Shown one piece after another: positions 29,088 through 39,907 of a stretch of DNA of 64,000 nt (position 1 is its first letter; each line of letters begins with the position of its first letter). The notes beneath the pieces were generated by a model. The model searched no databases and was not told the DNA's origin. It worked only from the letters and a program-made list of their open reading frames with translations. The DNA comes from an uncultured delta proteobacterium (GTDB lineage Bacteria > Desulfobacterota > Desulfobacteria > Desulfobacterales > QNYZ01), in contig CAWJQU010000008.1 in the NCBI GenBank assembly GCA_963845145.1, forward strand, positions 416,001 through 480,000. The letters run 5' to 3'. The translations under genes and the position numbers were made by a program.

Positions 29088-30617
29088 ATGGAAAAAGTAA
29101 CCATATTCGATACAACCTTAAGAGACGGTGAACAATCGCCGGGGGCCAGCATGAATGCGGCTGAAAAACTACGTCTGGCCACCCAATTGGAAAAACTGGG
29201 CGTGGATGTCCTGGAGGCCGGGTTTCCGGCAGCATCGAATGGCGACTTCAATGCCGTCTCCCAGATTGCCCAAAAAATGAAAAGATTGCGGGTAGCGGGC
29301 CTGGCCCGCACCGGCAAAGATGATATCGACCGGGCCTGGGGTGCCGTTCAACAGGCTAAATTCCCCCGCATCCACACCTTTATCGCCACCTCCGATATTC
29401 ATCTCAAATACAAGTTGAATATGTCCCGCGAGGAGGTACTCGCTGCCACCGCTGAAGCTGTTTCATACGCCAAAAGCCTGACGGAGGATGTAGAGTTTTC
29501 CGCCGAGGACGGATCTCGCAGCGACCGGGATTTTTTATGTCGCGTATTTGAAGCCGCCATTGCCGCCGGCGCCACCACCGTTAACCTGCCGGATACGGTG
29601 GGATATGCCATCCCGGATGAATTTGCCGATTTGGTAAAGTACGTTTGCAGCCATACTCCCAATATCCACCAGGCTGTGGTGAGCGTCCATTGCCACAACG
29701 ATCTGGGCCTGGCCACGGCCAATACTCTGGCAGCTGTCAGCGCCGGCGCGCGTCAGGTTGAAGTGACGATTAACGGCATTGGCGAGCGGGCCGGAAATAC
29801 TTCCCTGGAAGAAGTCGTCATGGCCTTGAACACGCGGCCCAATTTTTTGCCATTTGAAACGGGGATTGACACAACCCTGATCCACCCCTCCAGCCGGCTG
29901 GTGACCATGATTACGGGGATGATCGTTCAGCCCAACAAAGCCATTGTCGGGGCCAACGCGTTTGCCCACGAGGCAGGCATTCATCAGGACGGCATGCTGA
30001 AAAACCCCATGACCTACGAAATTATGAAACCGGAAACCGTTGGGCTCAATCGCAGCGAGCTGGTGCTGGGTAAACATTCCGGGCGTCATGCGCTAAGGGA
30101 CCGCTTGAGTGCCCTGGGCTATGAACTGGCTGATGATGAGCTCAAGATCGTATTTAAAGCATTCAAGGATTTGGCCGACAAGAAAAAACATGTGGTGGAT
30201 GATGACTTGGAGGCCATCGTAGCCGAGGGTGTTCTGCGAACGGCGGATGTTTTCAAACTTGAGTATCTTCAAATTGTCAGTGGGACCACCGTCATGCCCA
30301 TGGCCAGCGTACGTCTGTCTATAAACGGTCGCTCTGTGAAGAATGCCGGTTATGGTAACGGCCCCATCGATGCGGCCTTTAATACCATTGCCAATTTAAC
30401 CGACACCGAATCGGAACTGCTTCGTTTTACGGTCAGTGCCCTAACCGGAGGAACGGATGCCCAGGGAGAAGTAACGGTCCGGCTTAAAGAAAACGGGTTG
30501 ATAGCATTGGGAAAGGGATCGGACCCCGACATCATTAACGCCAGTGCCAAGGCGTATATTAACGGACTTAACCGACTGGAGTATTTGAAAGCCAATCCGA
30601 TCCAACAGGCGATCTAA
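29088..30617 (+). CDS. leuA: 2-isopropylmalate synthase
   Basis: DTTLRDGEQSPG, HCHNDLG, GERAGN, HEAGIHQDG, GKHSGRH. Confidence 0.96.
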   Translation: MEKVTIFDTTLRDGEQSPGASMNAAEKLRLATQLEKLGVDVLEAGFPAASNGDFNAVSQIAQKMKRLRVAGLARTGKDDIDRAWGAVQQAKFPRIHTFIATSDIHLKYKLNMSREEVLAATAEAVSYAKSLTEDVEFSAEDGSRSDRDFLCRVFEAAIAAGATTVNLPDTVGYAIPDEFADLVKYVCSHTPNIHQAVVSVHCHNDLGLATANTLAAVSAGARQVEVTINGIGERAGNTSLEEVVMALNTRPNFLPFETGIDTTLIHPSSRLVTMITGMIVQPNKAIVGANAFAHEAGIHQDGMLKNPMTYEIMKPETVGLNRSELVLGKHSGRHALRDRLSALGYELADDELKIVFKAFKDLADKKKHVVDDDLEAIVAEGVLRTADVFKLEYLQIVSGTTVMPMASVRLSINGRSVKNAGYGNGPIDAAFNTIANLTDTESELLRFTVSALTGGTDAQGEVTVRLKENGLIALGKGSDPDIINASAKAYINGLNRLEYLKANPIQQAI

Positions 30618-30667
30618 TCTCCCTGTTAGCGACGATGTGAATTGTATCAATTGTATCAAAGGTTTAA

Positions 30668-30714
30668 AGACAGCCCTCTATTTCATTTGAATGAAAAGAG
30701 GGCTGTCTGTTTTT
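30668..30714. terminator. Intrinsic terminator between convergent genes
   Basis: AGACAGCCCTCT..AGAGGGCTGTCT plus T-tract. Confidence 0.75.
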
Positions 30715-30722
30715 GGATAGCG

Positions 30723-31607
30723 CTACGATTTCTTTTTTTGGTTCATCTTGATCAGCATAACGACGCTTTTTCGCATTCGATTAAAAGAGTTGTATAAGGC
30801 GCCGATTTCGCCCTTCTGGTTTGACACAACTTCCTTATCGAGGTTTTTTCCACGACTCATACTATCAGCCAAACCGGTAATATGGATAATTGGTTTTGTT
30901 ATGACCGCATTCATGAAATACCAGATGACCAGAAGGATGACAAAAATTGAACAAATACCCACCCCCACCGTTTTCATGGCGGTAACCTTTAACTCCTCAA
31001 GTGCCTTTTGGATGGGCACATAGTTAACAAATGCAGCCACAACCTCGTTGACCTTATAACCGTACCCACTTAAATTCGGATATCTTTCAACCCTGGCCGG
31101 AAGAGCATTTTCCGGAGTGTCGTGACATTTTAAACACCCCTTTTTAACGACGACCGGCTGGGCCACATAAAAATACGGCTGCCCATTTTTTTCCATCAAC
31201 CCTTTTGTTAATTTGGCACTTCGATTATCGGATAAGTAGCTGACCATTTCAACTTCTTCCGGTGTTGCCTGGTTTTTGAAGTTCACCGGGTTTAAGGCCG
31301 CTTGCTTAAATGAGTATCCGGGCTGGGCTTCTGCAAAAATATCGGCAATGGCTCGGGCAACAAAAAATCCGCCCATTAATTCCGGATGAAAACTCCCGGC
31401 TTCGGTGACCTTCATTGTCAAAGGACGCATCGTCTTAACCGTATACGTCCTTGCCGCCATGGCAAATGAAGACATCAACTCCGCTTTTCGTAGGGCTTCA
31501 TTGAAGATCCGGTTTTTGGCATCGTAATAGTTAATAAAAGCAATCGATATAGACGAAATGATTCCTAGTACCAATAAAAGTAAATTCAGTTTTAATTTGA
31601 TGGACAC
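30723..31607 (-). CDS. Membrane heme-c sensor (DUF3365/Tll0287-like plus HAMP), no output domain
   Basis: GTG start with AGGAGG RBS; TM, ALNPVN, CLKCH, GYGYK, TM, HAMP (EIGALYNSFNRMR). Confidence 0.8.
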   Translation of the reverse strand: MSIKLKLNLLLLVLGIISSISIAFINYYDAKNRIFNEALRKAELMSSFAMAARTYTVKTMRPLTMKVTEAGSFHPELMGGFFVARAIADIFAEAQPGYSFKQAALNPVNFKNQATPEEVEMVSYLSDNRSAKLTKGLMEKNGQPYFYVAQPVVVKKGCLKCHDTPENALPARVERYPNLSGYGYKVNEVVAAFVNYVPIQKALEELKVTAMKTVGVGICSIFVILLVIWYFMNAVITKPIIHITGLADSMSRGKNLDKEVVSNQKGEIGALYNSFNRMRKSVVMLIKMNQKKKS

Positions 31608-32067
31608 CGCTCCTCCTATGAAATATGTGTATAAATAAATGGGAAACTCATGAAGTCTTCCAAGGTAATATACAAATTTCATGCCATTTTTTATATGAGG
31701 GTAAAGATTTTTAACCTCTTTATATTTTTATATTTATTATAACAGATAAATTTTTTTTTGACTTTAAGGCTTAATACCAAATTATTTCGTAATCCTTATT
31801 ACATTATTCTTGCACAAATTCATGGATGTTTTTTCTCCCTGATAGATGATGGACTATTGACATTTTCTATTTCATTACAATTATTCAGTGGCTTTGACTA
31901 TATATCGATAGATAGCAGGAGGTATCATTGGTGGATAACAGAGGTAGTAAAACGTCACGCGTACAGGCGAATGGATGAACACGGTATGTATTAAACAATG
32001 AAGATTCCGGCCTGCAGGGCCAAAACGACCTCTTGTGACCGAAATCGCTCCGGAAAGGGAACATTCA

Positions 32068-32814
32068 ATGAAAAATTCTTTGCTTACTGATCTCAAAACC
32101 CTTGTATACAATGGTGAAAGCGGCGTTTTGACCGTTGATCACAAGTTTGGCAACCAAGCGAAGGTTTACATTGAAGAGGGACTAATAGCGGGGATCGTGG
32201 CCGGAAATACCACTGGAACAGAAGCTGCCAAACTTTTCGGTCGCTGGATAAGCGTCACCTCTCATTTCTCCAAACAGAAAATCACACTCCCCAAAAACAT
32301 AAAAAGTGTTGAAACCAGCTCTTTTTTATCTGCTTTGGAAAAAGTCGCTGCGAGCGTCGAAAAGCTAAAAGACGTGATACCCAGCTACGATACGTGCATT
32401 AAGATAGATATGGAAAAATCGAACACCGACAACCAGTTTTCTTCACAAGAACTTAAAATTGCCCTTCTTCTCGATGGCACCCGATCCGTTGAGCAAGTCA
32501 TATCAGAATCAGGCCAGCCAGAATTAGAGGTACTCGCAAAAATTTATAAGCTCTGCAATTTAGGCATCGCCCGAATTTTTAAGGCCAACAAGCCGATGAA
32601 AAAACAAGCGTGCGAGTCCTTTCTAAAAAACCTACAGGAGACGCTGAGTGAACTTGTCGGACCCGTCGCAGATGTTCTGTTGGATGATGCCTTTGAAAAA
32701 ATCGGAATACAGCCGGATTCTCTTTCGGAAACGGACATTCCCCTTCTATTAAATACGATCGGTGCCGAATTGGGTGAGAAAGAGAGAGCTGTTCTTGGAA
32801 AATTAAGCGGTTAG
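32068..32814 (+). CDS. DUF4388/PatA-N-like domain protein
   Basis: ESGVLTV..AKVYIEEG.I; LLDGTRSVEQVI winged-helix segment; VGPVADVLLDD. Confidence 0.6.
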   Translation: MKNSLLTDLKTLVYNGESGVLTVDHKFGNQAKVYIEEGLIAGIVAGNTTGTEAAKLFGRWISVTSHFSKQKITLPKNIKSVETSSFLSALEKVAASVEKLKDVIPSYDTCIKIDMEKSNTDNQFSSQELKIALLLDGTRSVEQVISESGQPELEVLAKIYKLCNLGIARIFKANKPMKKQACESFLKNLQETLSELVGPVADVLLDDAFEKIGIQPDSLSETDIPLLLNTIGAELGEKERAVLGKLSG

Positions 32815-32924
32815 CCAAACCGTTGGTAAATTCATTCGACAGCTAATTCATCGCTCTCACAAGTCAAGGGTTGTGTTTCTCAGGTTTATTCCCCAAATAG
32901 ACTGTCTTCTCTATTCTATTCGAT

Positions 32925-35900
32925 TTATTTAACACGACGAATATAACGTTTGCGCTTTTCGTTTTCCATCGGCACGAAGGGCAAAATCGTGGTCTGGATG
33001 GCGTCAAATCCAAGTAGATCATGAATATCACGGTTGAGCATTGATCCGGCGGCAATTCTTAAATCATCGGGTAGGGCAATGACTGTATCGGTCTTCAAAG
33101 GGTCGGTTAAATGTAGGTACCCCCGGCAGGAGCCGGCATGTTTTACCAATATCGCTTTCAACTGCCCCAATATTTCCCGGTTCGCCCGGTTAACATCCAG
33201 GGACAGATGGACATCCGCAGTCCAGGTTTCCTCGGCCTGATCAATGGGAATAAGGTTGCCCGCCAGGATTTTTGCATCATTTTCTCTTTTCTGAACCTCG
33301 CCTTCAACGAAAACCACACCACCCTCCCGGACAAGGGGTTCCACCTGTGAAAACAGATTTGAGAATACGACCACCTCCATGACCCCATTGATGTCTTCCA
33401 AAGTGACAAACGCCATACGGCCGTTCCTGGATGTAATCTCCTTGGTGGCAGAAATAATGCCACCCACACGGACGGTTTGCCCGTCTTTTTTTTCCGATAG
33501 CGTCAATGCATCCACATCGGAATACTTCTCCACCGTTGCGCGGTAGGCATCCAGGGGGTGGCCGCTGACATAAAAACCAAGGGCCTCTTTTTCCAGCACC
33601 AGTTTTTCATCCAAAGCCCACTCATCAATGGTAGGTATCGGTGGATAATCACTGGCCGAATCGCCATCACCGGTAAAATCAAACAACCCCATTTGGGGAT
33701 TATCCCTTTCACGCTGGACGCGCTGTCCGTGTTCAACCGCATCATCGAGCACCGCCATTAAGCGGGATCGGTAGGTACCGCTACCATCAAAAGCACCGCA
33801 TTTAATCAGACTCTCGATGACACGCTTATTAAACTTGGTTAAATCCATCCGTTCGCAAAAATCAAACAGGTTTTCAAATACGCCCCCTTCGGTACGCTGG
33901 GCGATCATCGCCTCGATGGCCCCTTCGCCTACGTTTTTAACCGCTGCCAATCCAAAACGAATTTTTTCATTCTCAACGGTAAAGGTGACTTCGCTGGCAT
34001 TGATATCCGGTGGCAATACGTCAATATTGTGATGCCGACATTCAGCGATGTATTTAACGACGCCATCCGTTGAATGCATAGCGCTCGTGAGCAATGCCGC
34101 CAGTATCTCCACCGGATAGTGGGCCTTAAGGTAAGCCGTCTGGAAGGTAATCAGGGCATATGCAGCGCTATGGGATTTATTAAATCCATATCCCCCGAAT
34201 TTAGCCATCAGGTCAAAGATGGTTTCCGCTTTTTCTTTGGGAATTTGATTATCGAGAGCCCCTTCAATAAACCGGGAACGATGCTTATCCATAATGGCTG
34301 TAATTTTCTTACCCATGGCCTTACGCAGATCATCGGCCTCGGCCATCTGATAGTTGGCGAGAACACTGGCAATCTTCATCACCTGTTCCTGGTAAACGAT
34401 GACACCGTAAGTCGGCTTTAGAATCGGCTCCAGTTCCGGCAAAAGATAGGTCACTTCCTTACGCCCGTGCTTGCGCTCCACAAAATCATCCACCATCCCG
34501 CTTTCCAATGGGCCCGGGCGATAAAGCGCGACCAGGGCGATGATATCGTCGAACTGCTCAGGCCGAATCCGGGCCAGGAGGTTTTTCATTCCCGAACTTT
34601 CCAGTTGAAAGACGCCGGTAGTATCGGCCCGTTGCAGCAGCCGGTAGGTCTCGCTATCGCTGTGATCGAGTTTGGCCATATCCGGTATGTTTTTGCCCTG
34701 CATCTCGATCAACCGCAGGGCCTCTTTAATCACGGTCAGGTTCCGCAGCCCAAGAAAATCGAATTTCACCAGGCCAATTTTCTCAACATAATTCATGCTG
34801 TACTGGGTGGTTACTTCTCCCCGTTTTCCTCGGTACAAGGGCATGTAATTGACTAACGGTTTGTCGGCGATCACCACTCCGGCGGCATGGGTAGAAGCAT
34901 GGCGGGGTAGCCCTTCCAGAACCCGAGAGATTTTAATCAACTCAGCCACTTCCGGTTTCTCTGCGGCAATGGCGTTGATGCGCGGCTCTTTTTTCAGGGC
35001 TTCATCCAGGCTTACCCCGACAACATCCGGCACCAACTTGGCAATTTTGTCAACGACAGGCAAGGGGATGTCCAGTGCACGCCCGACGTCTCTGAGCACC
35101 GCGCGGGTTTTCATTTTACCGTAGGTGATAATTTGGGCCACATAGTCCTCGCCCCCGTATTTATCCACCACATATTTAAAAACGTCTTCGCGTCCGTTGA
35201 TACAAAAATCGACATCAATATCGGGCATGCTCTTACGGGCCGGATTTAAGAATCGTTCAAAAATCAAACCATAGGATAGTGGGTCCACATCGGTAATTCC
35301 CAGACAATAGGCTACCAGACTGCCGGCCGCAGAACCTCTTCCCGGGCCCACGGGAATATTTTGCGATTTGGCATAGGCGATAAAGTCAGCCACAATAAGG
35401 AAATAGCCGGCAAATCCCATCTTAATGATGATGGCCATTTCGTCTTTCAGGCGATTATCGTAAACAGCCTGGTCCACCTGGGGATTATCCTGTTTTATCG
35501 CGCCCATGATACGCTGATAGCCTGCGGCCACCTGTTTCTGCAGAGTTTCTTCGGCTGAGTCTTCAGAGTTGGATTTAAACTTTGGGAAATGAAACGTTTC
35601 AAAATCAAAATCGACATGACATCGTTTGGCTATTTTTACCGTATTTTCCAAAGCACCGGGATAATCCAGAAAATCGGCGGCCATTTCGTCCCTGGATTTA
35701 AAATAGAGTTGATCGGTTTGAAATTTGAACCGATTGGGATCATGGATGGTTTTCCCCGTCTGAATGCACAGCAACAATTCATGGGCGGTGACATCCTCCT
35801 GTTTGAGGTAATGACAATCATTGCTGGCCACCAGGGGAATGGAAAGCCGTTGACTCATGTCCAACAGCGCCTCGTTCACTCGATCCTGAACTTTAATGCC

Positions 35901-36437
35901 GTTGTTTTGTACTTCCAGGAAAAAATTCCCTTCACCGAAAATCTCCTGATATTCCAGGGCAGCCCGGTCGGCGGCTTCTATATCGTTTTGGACAATCAGC
36001 CGGGGAACTTCCCCCTGCAGACAGGCGGACATGGCGATAATGCCTTCACAGTTCTCCCTTAGAAGGGACTTGTCTACCCGCGGACGGTAGTAAAAACCGT
36101 TGAGATTGGCAATACTGACCAAGCGACATAAATTTCGATATCCGTCTGTGGTTTCGGCCAGTAAAATCAAATGGGATCGGCTTTTTTGGGTGCGATCGTC
36201 AATCCGACCCGGTGCCACGTAGCACTCACAGCCGATTATCGGTCGAATCCCAGCCGCTTTGGCTTTGAGGTAAAAGTCGATGGCCCCGAACATGGTGCCG
36301 TGATCGGTAACAGCGACGGCCGCCATACCGAAATCCTTTACCTGTTTCAACAGGGGATCGATTCGAATCGCACCGTCTAAAAGGCTATATTGGGTGTGTA
36401 GGTGTAGATGAACAAAATCGGGGGCGGCATCAGCCAT
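32925..36437 (-). CDS. dnaE: DNA polymerase III alpha subunit
   Basis: FVHLHLHTQYSLLDG, GRGSAAGS, PDIDVDF, YGFNKSH; no intein. Confidence 0.98.
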   Translation of the reverse strand: MADAAPDFVHLHLHTQYSLLDGAIRIDPLLKQVKDFGMAAVAVTDHGTMFGAIDFYLKAKAAGIRPIIGCECYVAPGRIDDRTQKSRSHLILLAETTDGYRNLCRLVSIANLNGFYYRPRVDKSLLRENCEGIIAMSACLQGEVPRLIVQNDIEAADRAALEYQEIFGEGNFFLEVQNNGIKVQDRVNEALLDMSQRLSIPLVASNDCHYLKQEDVTAHELLLCIQTGKTIHDPNRFKFQTDQLYFKSRDEMAADFLDYPGALENTVKIAKRCHVDFDFETFHFPKFKSNSEDSAEETLQKQVAAGYQRIMGAIKQDNPQVDQAVYDNRLKDEMAIIIKMGFAGYFLIVADFIAYAKSQNIPVGPGRGSAAGSLVAYCLGITDVDPLSYGLIFERFLNPARKSMPDIDVDFCINGREDVFKYVVDKYGGEDYVAQIITYGKMKTRAVLRDVGRALDIPLPVVDKIAKLVPDVVGVSLDEALKKEPRINAIAAEKPEVAELIKISRVLEGLPRHASTHAAGVVIADKPLVNYMPLYRGKRGEVTTQYSMNYVEKIGLVKFDFLGLRNLTVIKEALRLIEMQGKNIPDMAKLDHSDSETYRLLQRADTTGVFQLESSGMKNLLARIRPEQFDDIIALVALYRPGPLESGMVDDFVERKHGRKEVTYLLPELEPILKPTYGVIVYQEQVMKIASVLANYQMAEADDLRKAMGKKITAIMDKHRSRFIEGALDNQIPKEKAETIFDLMAKFGGYGFNKSHSAAYALITFQTAYLKAHYPVEILAALLTSAMHSTDGVVKYIAECRHHNIDVLPPDINASEVTFTVENEKIRFGLAAVKNVGEGAIEAMIAQRTEGGVFENLFDFCERMDLTKFNKRVIESLIKCGAFDGSGTYRSRLMAVLDDAVEHGQRVQRERDNPQMGLFDFTGDGDSASDYPPIPTIDEWALDEKLVLEKEALGFYVSGHPLDAYRATVEKYSDVDALTLSEKKDGQTVRVGGIISATKEITSRNGRMAFVTLEDINGVMEVVVFSNLFSQVEPLVREGGVVFVEGEVQKRENDAKILAGNLIPIDQAEETWTADVHLSLDVNRANREILGQLKAILVKHAGSCRGYLHLTDPLKTDTVIALPDDLRIAAGSMLNRDIHDLLGFDAIQTTILPFVPMENEKRKRYIRRVK

Positions 36438-36479
36438 GGTTTTATTATCCTATGATAGAATCGCCTGGTTCCTAAACCG

Positions 36480-37943
36480 CTATTCAATCCGATAATTAGG
36501 GGCCTCTTTGGTGATAATCACATCATGAACATGGCTTTCGCGCATGCCGGCGGCACTGATTTTTTGAAAACGCGCCTTTTCTCTGAGTTCTTCAAGCGTG
36601 CGGCAGCCAACATACCCCATTCCAGCTTTTAAACCACCGAGGAGTTGAAAGATGTTGGCGGCCAGCGACCCCCTATATGGAACGCGTCCCACAATGCCTT
36701 CGGGAACCAGCTTGTCATCTTCGGCTTCTTCGGTCTGGTAATAGCGATCCTTGCTGCCCATTTTCATGGACTCCAATGATCCCATTCCCCGGTAAACTTT
36801 ATAGCTTCGCCCCTGAAAAAGCACCTGTTCACCAGGGCTTTCATCGGTTCCCGCAAACAGTCCACCGAGCATGACCGAATGGGCACCGGCGGCCAAGGCT
36901 TTGGTGACATCACCTGAAAATTTTATCCCGCCATCGGCAATCAGCGGAATACCCGCCTTAGCGGCGACTTCGCGGCAATTCATAATGGCTGAAACCTGGG
37001 GGACGCCAATCCCTGCAACGATGCGGGTGGTACAGATGGAGCCGGGTCCGATACCGATCTTAACCGCATCCACGCCGGCGTCAATTAAGTCCTTAGCCCC
37101 CTCGGCATTAGCCACATTGCCGGCGACCAGTTCTATATCGGAAAAGGTTTTCTTTAGTTCAATCACCGCATCAAGCACATTTCTGGAATGGCCGTGGGAA
37201 GTGTCGATACAGATCACGTCGGCACCCGCTTTCAGCAACGCTCCCGTTCGTTCGACCATATCAGGTCCGACACCGACAGCGGCACCGGCTCTTAAGCGTC
37301 CCATTTTATCTTTGCAGGCGTAAGGGTACTTTTTTATTTTTTCGATATCCTTGATGGTGATCAGGCCAACCAATTGGCCGGCTTTATCTACCACAAGCAG
37401 TTTTTCAATCCGATGTTCATGCAGTAGTTGTTTTGAGGCTTCAAGGGTAATCCCCTCTTCTACCGTGACCAGGTTTTCCGACGTCATGACTTCCGCTACT
37501 TTTTTGTCCATATCGGTTTCAAAACGCAAATCCCGGTTGGTCACAATCCCCACCAATTGTTGATCTTGAACAACCGGAAGGCCGGATATTCGATATTGCC
37601 CCATCAGTTCAAGCACGGCTCCCACTAGTTGGTCGGGATGCACCGTCATCGGATCCACAATCATACCGCTTTCCGACTTTTTTACCTTGTCGATCTCGCG
37701 GGTCTGGCTATCAATATTCATGTTGCGGTGGATAAATCCGATACCACCAGCACGCGCCATACTGATGGCTGTGGCGGCCTCGGTCACGGTATCCATGGCC
37801 GCACTGACAATGGGTATATTCAAGGCAATTCGCCGCGTGAGCTGTGTTGCCACACTCACATCCTTGGGTAATACGTCCGAATAACCGGGCATCAATAACA
37901 GATCGTCAAAAGAATAGCTCTCTTGCGGGGTGATCAGGTTCAT
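36480..37943 (-). CDS. guaB: IMP dehydrogenase
   Basis: [11 protein letters not shown] pair, [17 protein letters not shown]. Confidence 0.98.
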   Translation of the reverse strand: MNLITPQESYSFDDLLLMPGYSDVLPKDVSVATQLTRRIALNIPIVSAAMDTVTEAATAISMARAGGIGFIHRNMNIDSQTREIDKVKKSESGMIVDPMTVHPDQLVGAVLELMGQYRISGLPVVQDQQLVGIVTNRDLRFETDMDKKVAEVMTSENLVTVEEGITLEASKQLLHEHRIEKLLVVDKAGQLVGLITIKDIEKIKKYPYACKDKMGRLRAGAAVGVGPDMVERTGALLKAGADVICIDTSHGHSRNVLDAVIELKKTFSDIELVAGNVANAEGAKDLIDAGVDAVKIGIGPGSICTTRIVAGIGVPQVSAIMNCREVAAKAGIPLIADGGIKFSGDVTKALAAGAHSVMLGGLFAGTDESPGEQVLFQGRSYKVYRGMGSLESMKMGSKDRYYQTEEAEDDKLVPEGIVGRVPYRGSLAANIFQLLGGLKAGMGYVGCRTLEELREKARFQKISAAGMRESHVHDVIITKEAPNYRIE

Positions 37944-38265
37944 TTTTACCTCCACCGATGACGGTGATATAATCGTGAAAAAGATGCGACAATTTCGCGA
38001 ACAATCCCAATAAATATCCGATTTTACATTATTTTGATGGGCGTCGGCTTAGACGCCTTGGGAAATCGACTTTAACGTAGTTTGAAGATATTGGTTTTTT
38101 AAAAACCACCGGGAATCGTTCAGCACTTTTTGGAATGGGGTGTAACAAATGCCCTCTTGATTCGCAACGACATTTTTTCAATGTTGACAAGCGTAAACAT
38201 TGTCATTTATTTAACGCATTGTGATAATTTGGCATTTGATAAAATAAAAAAAAATCGCACAAAGC

Positions 38266-38874
38266 ATGCTTCTCAAAATAAATCCACTTAATCCCCCGCA
38301 ACGATTGATCGACCGGGTGGTAAAGTTTTTAGACAAAGGTGGCATCATCGCCTATCCTACGGATACATTTTACGGTATCGGTTGTGATATCATGAACAAA
38401 AAGGCCATTTCCAAAATCTATCAAATCCGGCAGCGACAAAAGTCCAAACCGTTCAGTTTTGTCTGCTCGGATTTAAAAGATATCAGCCAATATGCCAAGG
38501 TTTCCAACTACGCTTACAAAACCATGCGCCGTTTGCTGCCTGGCCCATATACCTTTATCCTTGAGGGCTCCCGCCAAGTGCCGAAAATGATGCTGACCAA
38601 GCGAAAAACCGCAGGGATCCGTGTGCCGGATCATGCCATTTGTATCAAGCTGGTTGAGGGACTTGGGCGGCCGATTCTCTCTACAAGCGCGAAAGCGGCC
38701 GACAACACCGTTTTTTATGATCCGTCCCTTATTCATGAATATTTCGGGAAGCGTTTAGATGTCGTGATTGATGGTGGCGTTGTCCCAGGGCGACCTTCCA
38801 GTGTCATTTCCCTGATTGATGATACGCCGGAGGTGATTCGTGAAGGGTTGGGGGATGTGAGCAGCTTTGAATAA
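38266..38874 (+). CDS. Sua5/YciO/YrdC family protein
   Basis: AYPTDTFYG, LPGPYTFIL, GIRVPD, STSA. Confidence 0.9.
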   Translation: MLLKINPLNPPQRLIDRVVKFLDKGGIIAYPTDTFYGIGCDIMNKKAISKIYQIRQRQKSKPFSFVCSDLKDISQYAKVSNYAYKTMRRLLPGPYTFILEGSRQVPKMMLTKRKTAGIRVPDHAICIKLVEGLGRPILSTSAKAADNTVFYDPSLIHEYFGKRLDVVIDGGVVPGRPSSVISLIDDTPEVIREGLGDVSSFE

Positions 38875-38882
38875 TCGGTAGG

Positions 38883-39794
38883 TTATTTGGCCGGGAGATA
38901 GAGCAAAGCCGGACGCAATTGCTGATAGAGCACTTTTTCCGTGATGAGATTTAATGTTGACTCGAAAAGGTATTTGAGAAAAGGGATTTCCTTGTCGCGA
39001 GCATATACCGCCTCAACCGTTCCTTTAACGCCTGCCAGATTCCCGGCCCATTGAACGGCATCTTCCATATTACCCAAACGATCAACCAACCCGGCCTGCA
39101 GTGCTGCCTCGCCGGTGATAATCCGGCCGTCGGCAACTTTTCGAACCTGGTCAACCGTCAACCCCCTACCATCGGCGATATCCTGAATAAATTGCCGATG
39201 GATGCCGTCAGACACCTCCTGGAGCAATTTTTTTTCTTCGGATGACATGGTGCGGGTCGGTGAGCCCATATCCTTATATTGGCCGCTTTTCACGACAACA
39301 GGAACCAATCCGATCTTTTCCAGCAGCTTTTCAAAATTCGCATATCCCATAATCACACCAATACTACCGGTGATCGTTCCGGGATTGGCCATGATCTTAT
39401 CCGCCGCGGCGGCCACATAATAGCCACCGGAAGCCGCCAACGTACCCATGGATACAACTATTTTCTTCGTCTTTTTGGTTTTTACGATTTCACGGTAAAT
39501 TTCCTGCGCCGGGCCGACACTGCCGCCGGGAGAATCAACCCGAAGCACAATCGCCCGAATCGATTTATCTTCGCGGAATCCTATTAAATGGCGAATGGGC
39601 GTACGGGCATCGGTAATCACCCCTGATAGCTCCACCACGCCCACTTTTTCCTTGCCGGATGATTGGCCGCTACGGTAGCCGACCGCTCGATTGAACCCAA
39701 TCGTGATAATCAGGGCCAGCACAATGAGCGTACCGGACACAATACCCGCAAAAATAAGGAGTGAATAAAGAAGTGGGTGTCTGCGAGCAAACAT
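38883..39794 (-). CDS. sppA: Signal peptide peptidase (36K type)
   Basis: DSPGG, AASGGYY, TGSIGV, KSGQYKD. Confidence 0.94.
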   Translation of the reverse strand: MFARRHPLLYSLLIFAGIVSGTLIVLALIITIGFNRAVGYRSGQSSGKEKVGVVELSGVITDARTPIRHLIGFREDKSIRAIVLRVDSPGGSVGPAQEIYREIVKTKKTKKIVVSMGTLAASGGYYVAAAADKIMANPGTITGSIGVIMGYANFEKLLEKIGLVPVVVKSGQYKDMGSPTRTMSSEEKKLLQEVSDGIHRQFIQDIADGRGLTVDQVRKVADGRIITGEAALQAGLVDRLGNMEDAVQWAGNLAGVKGTVEAVYARDKEIPFLKYLFESTLNLITEKVLYQQLRPALLYLPAK

Positions 39795-39907
39795 CGTTAT
39801 ATTACCCGGTACCTCAGGAGGTTATTGCAGGAACACAATTTTTAAGGCCGTATCCTATGATCCGGATACGGCCACAAAGGTTGGCTCATAAAGATAAACG
39901 GTGGAAG

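Noticed and set aside
32925..36437. Intein in dnaE (also checked recA)
   Set aside because: Lengths and motif spacing are normal; no splicing motifs seen.
38180..38206. Inverted repeat AATGTTGAC-N4-GTAAACATT in the guaB/yciO-like divergent region
   Set aside because: It may be an operator overlapping a -35 box, but a single instance cannot be assigned to any regulator.
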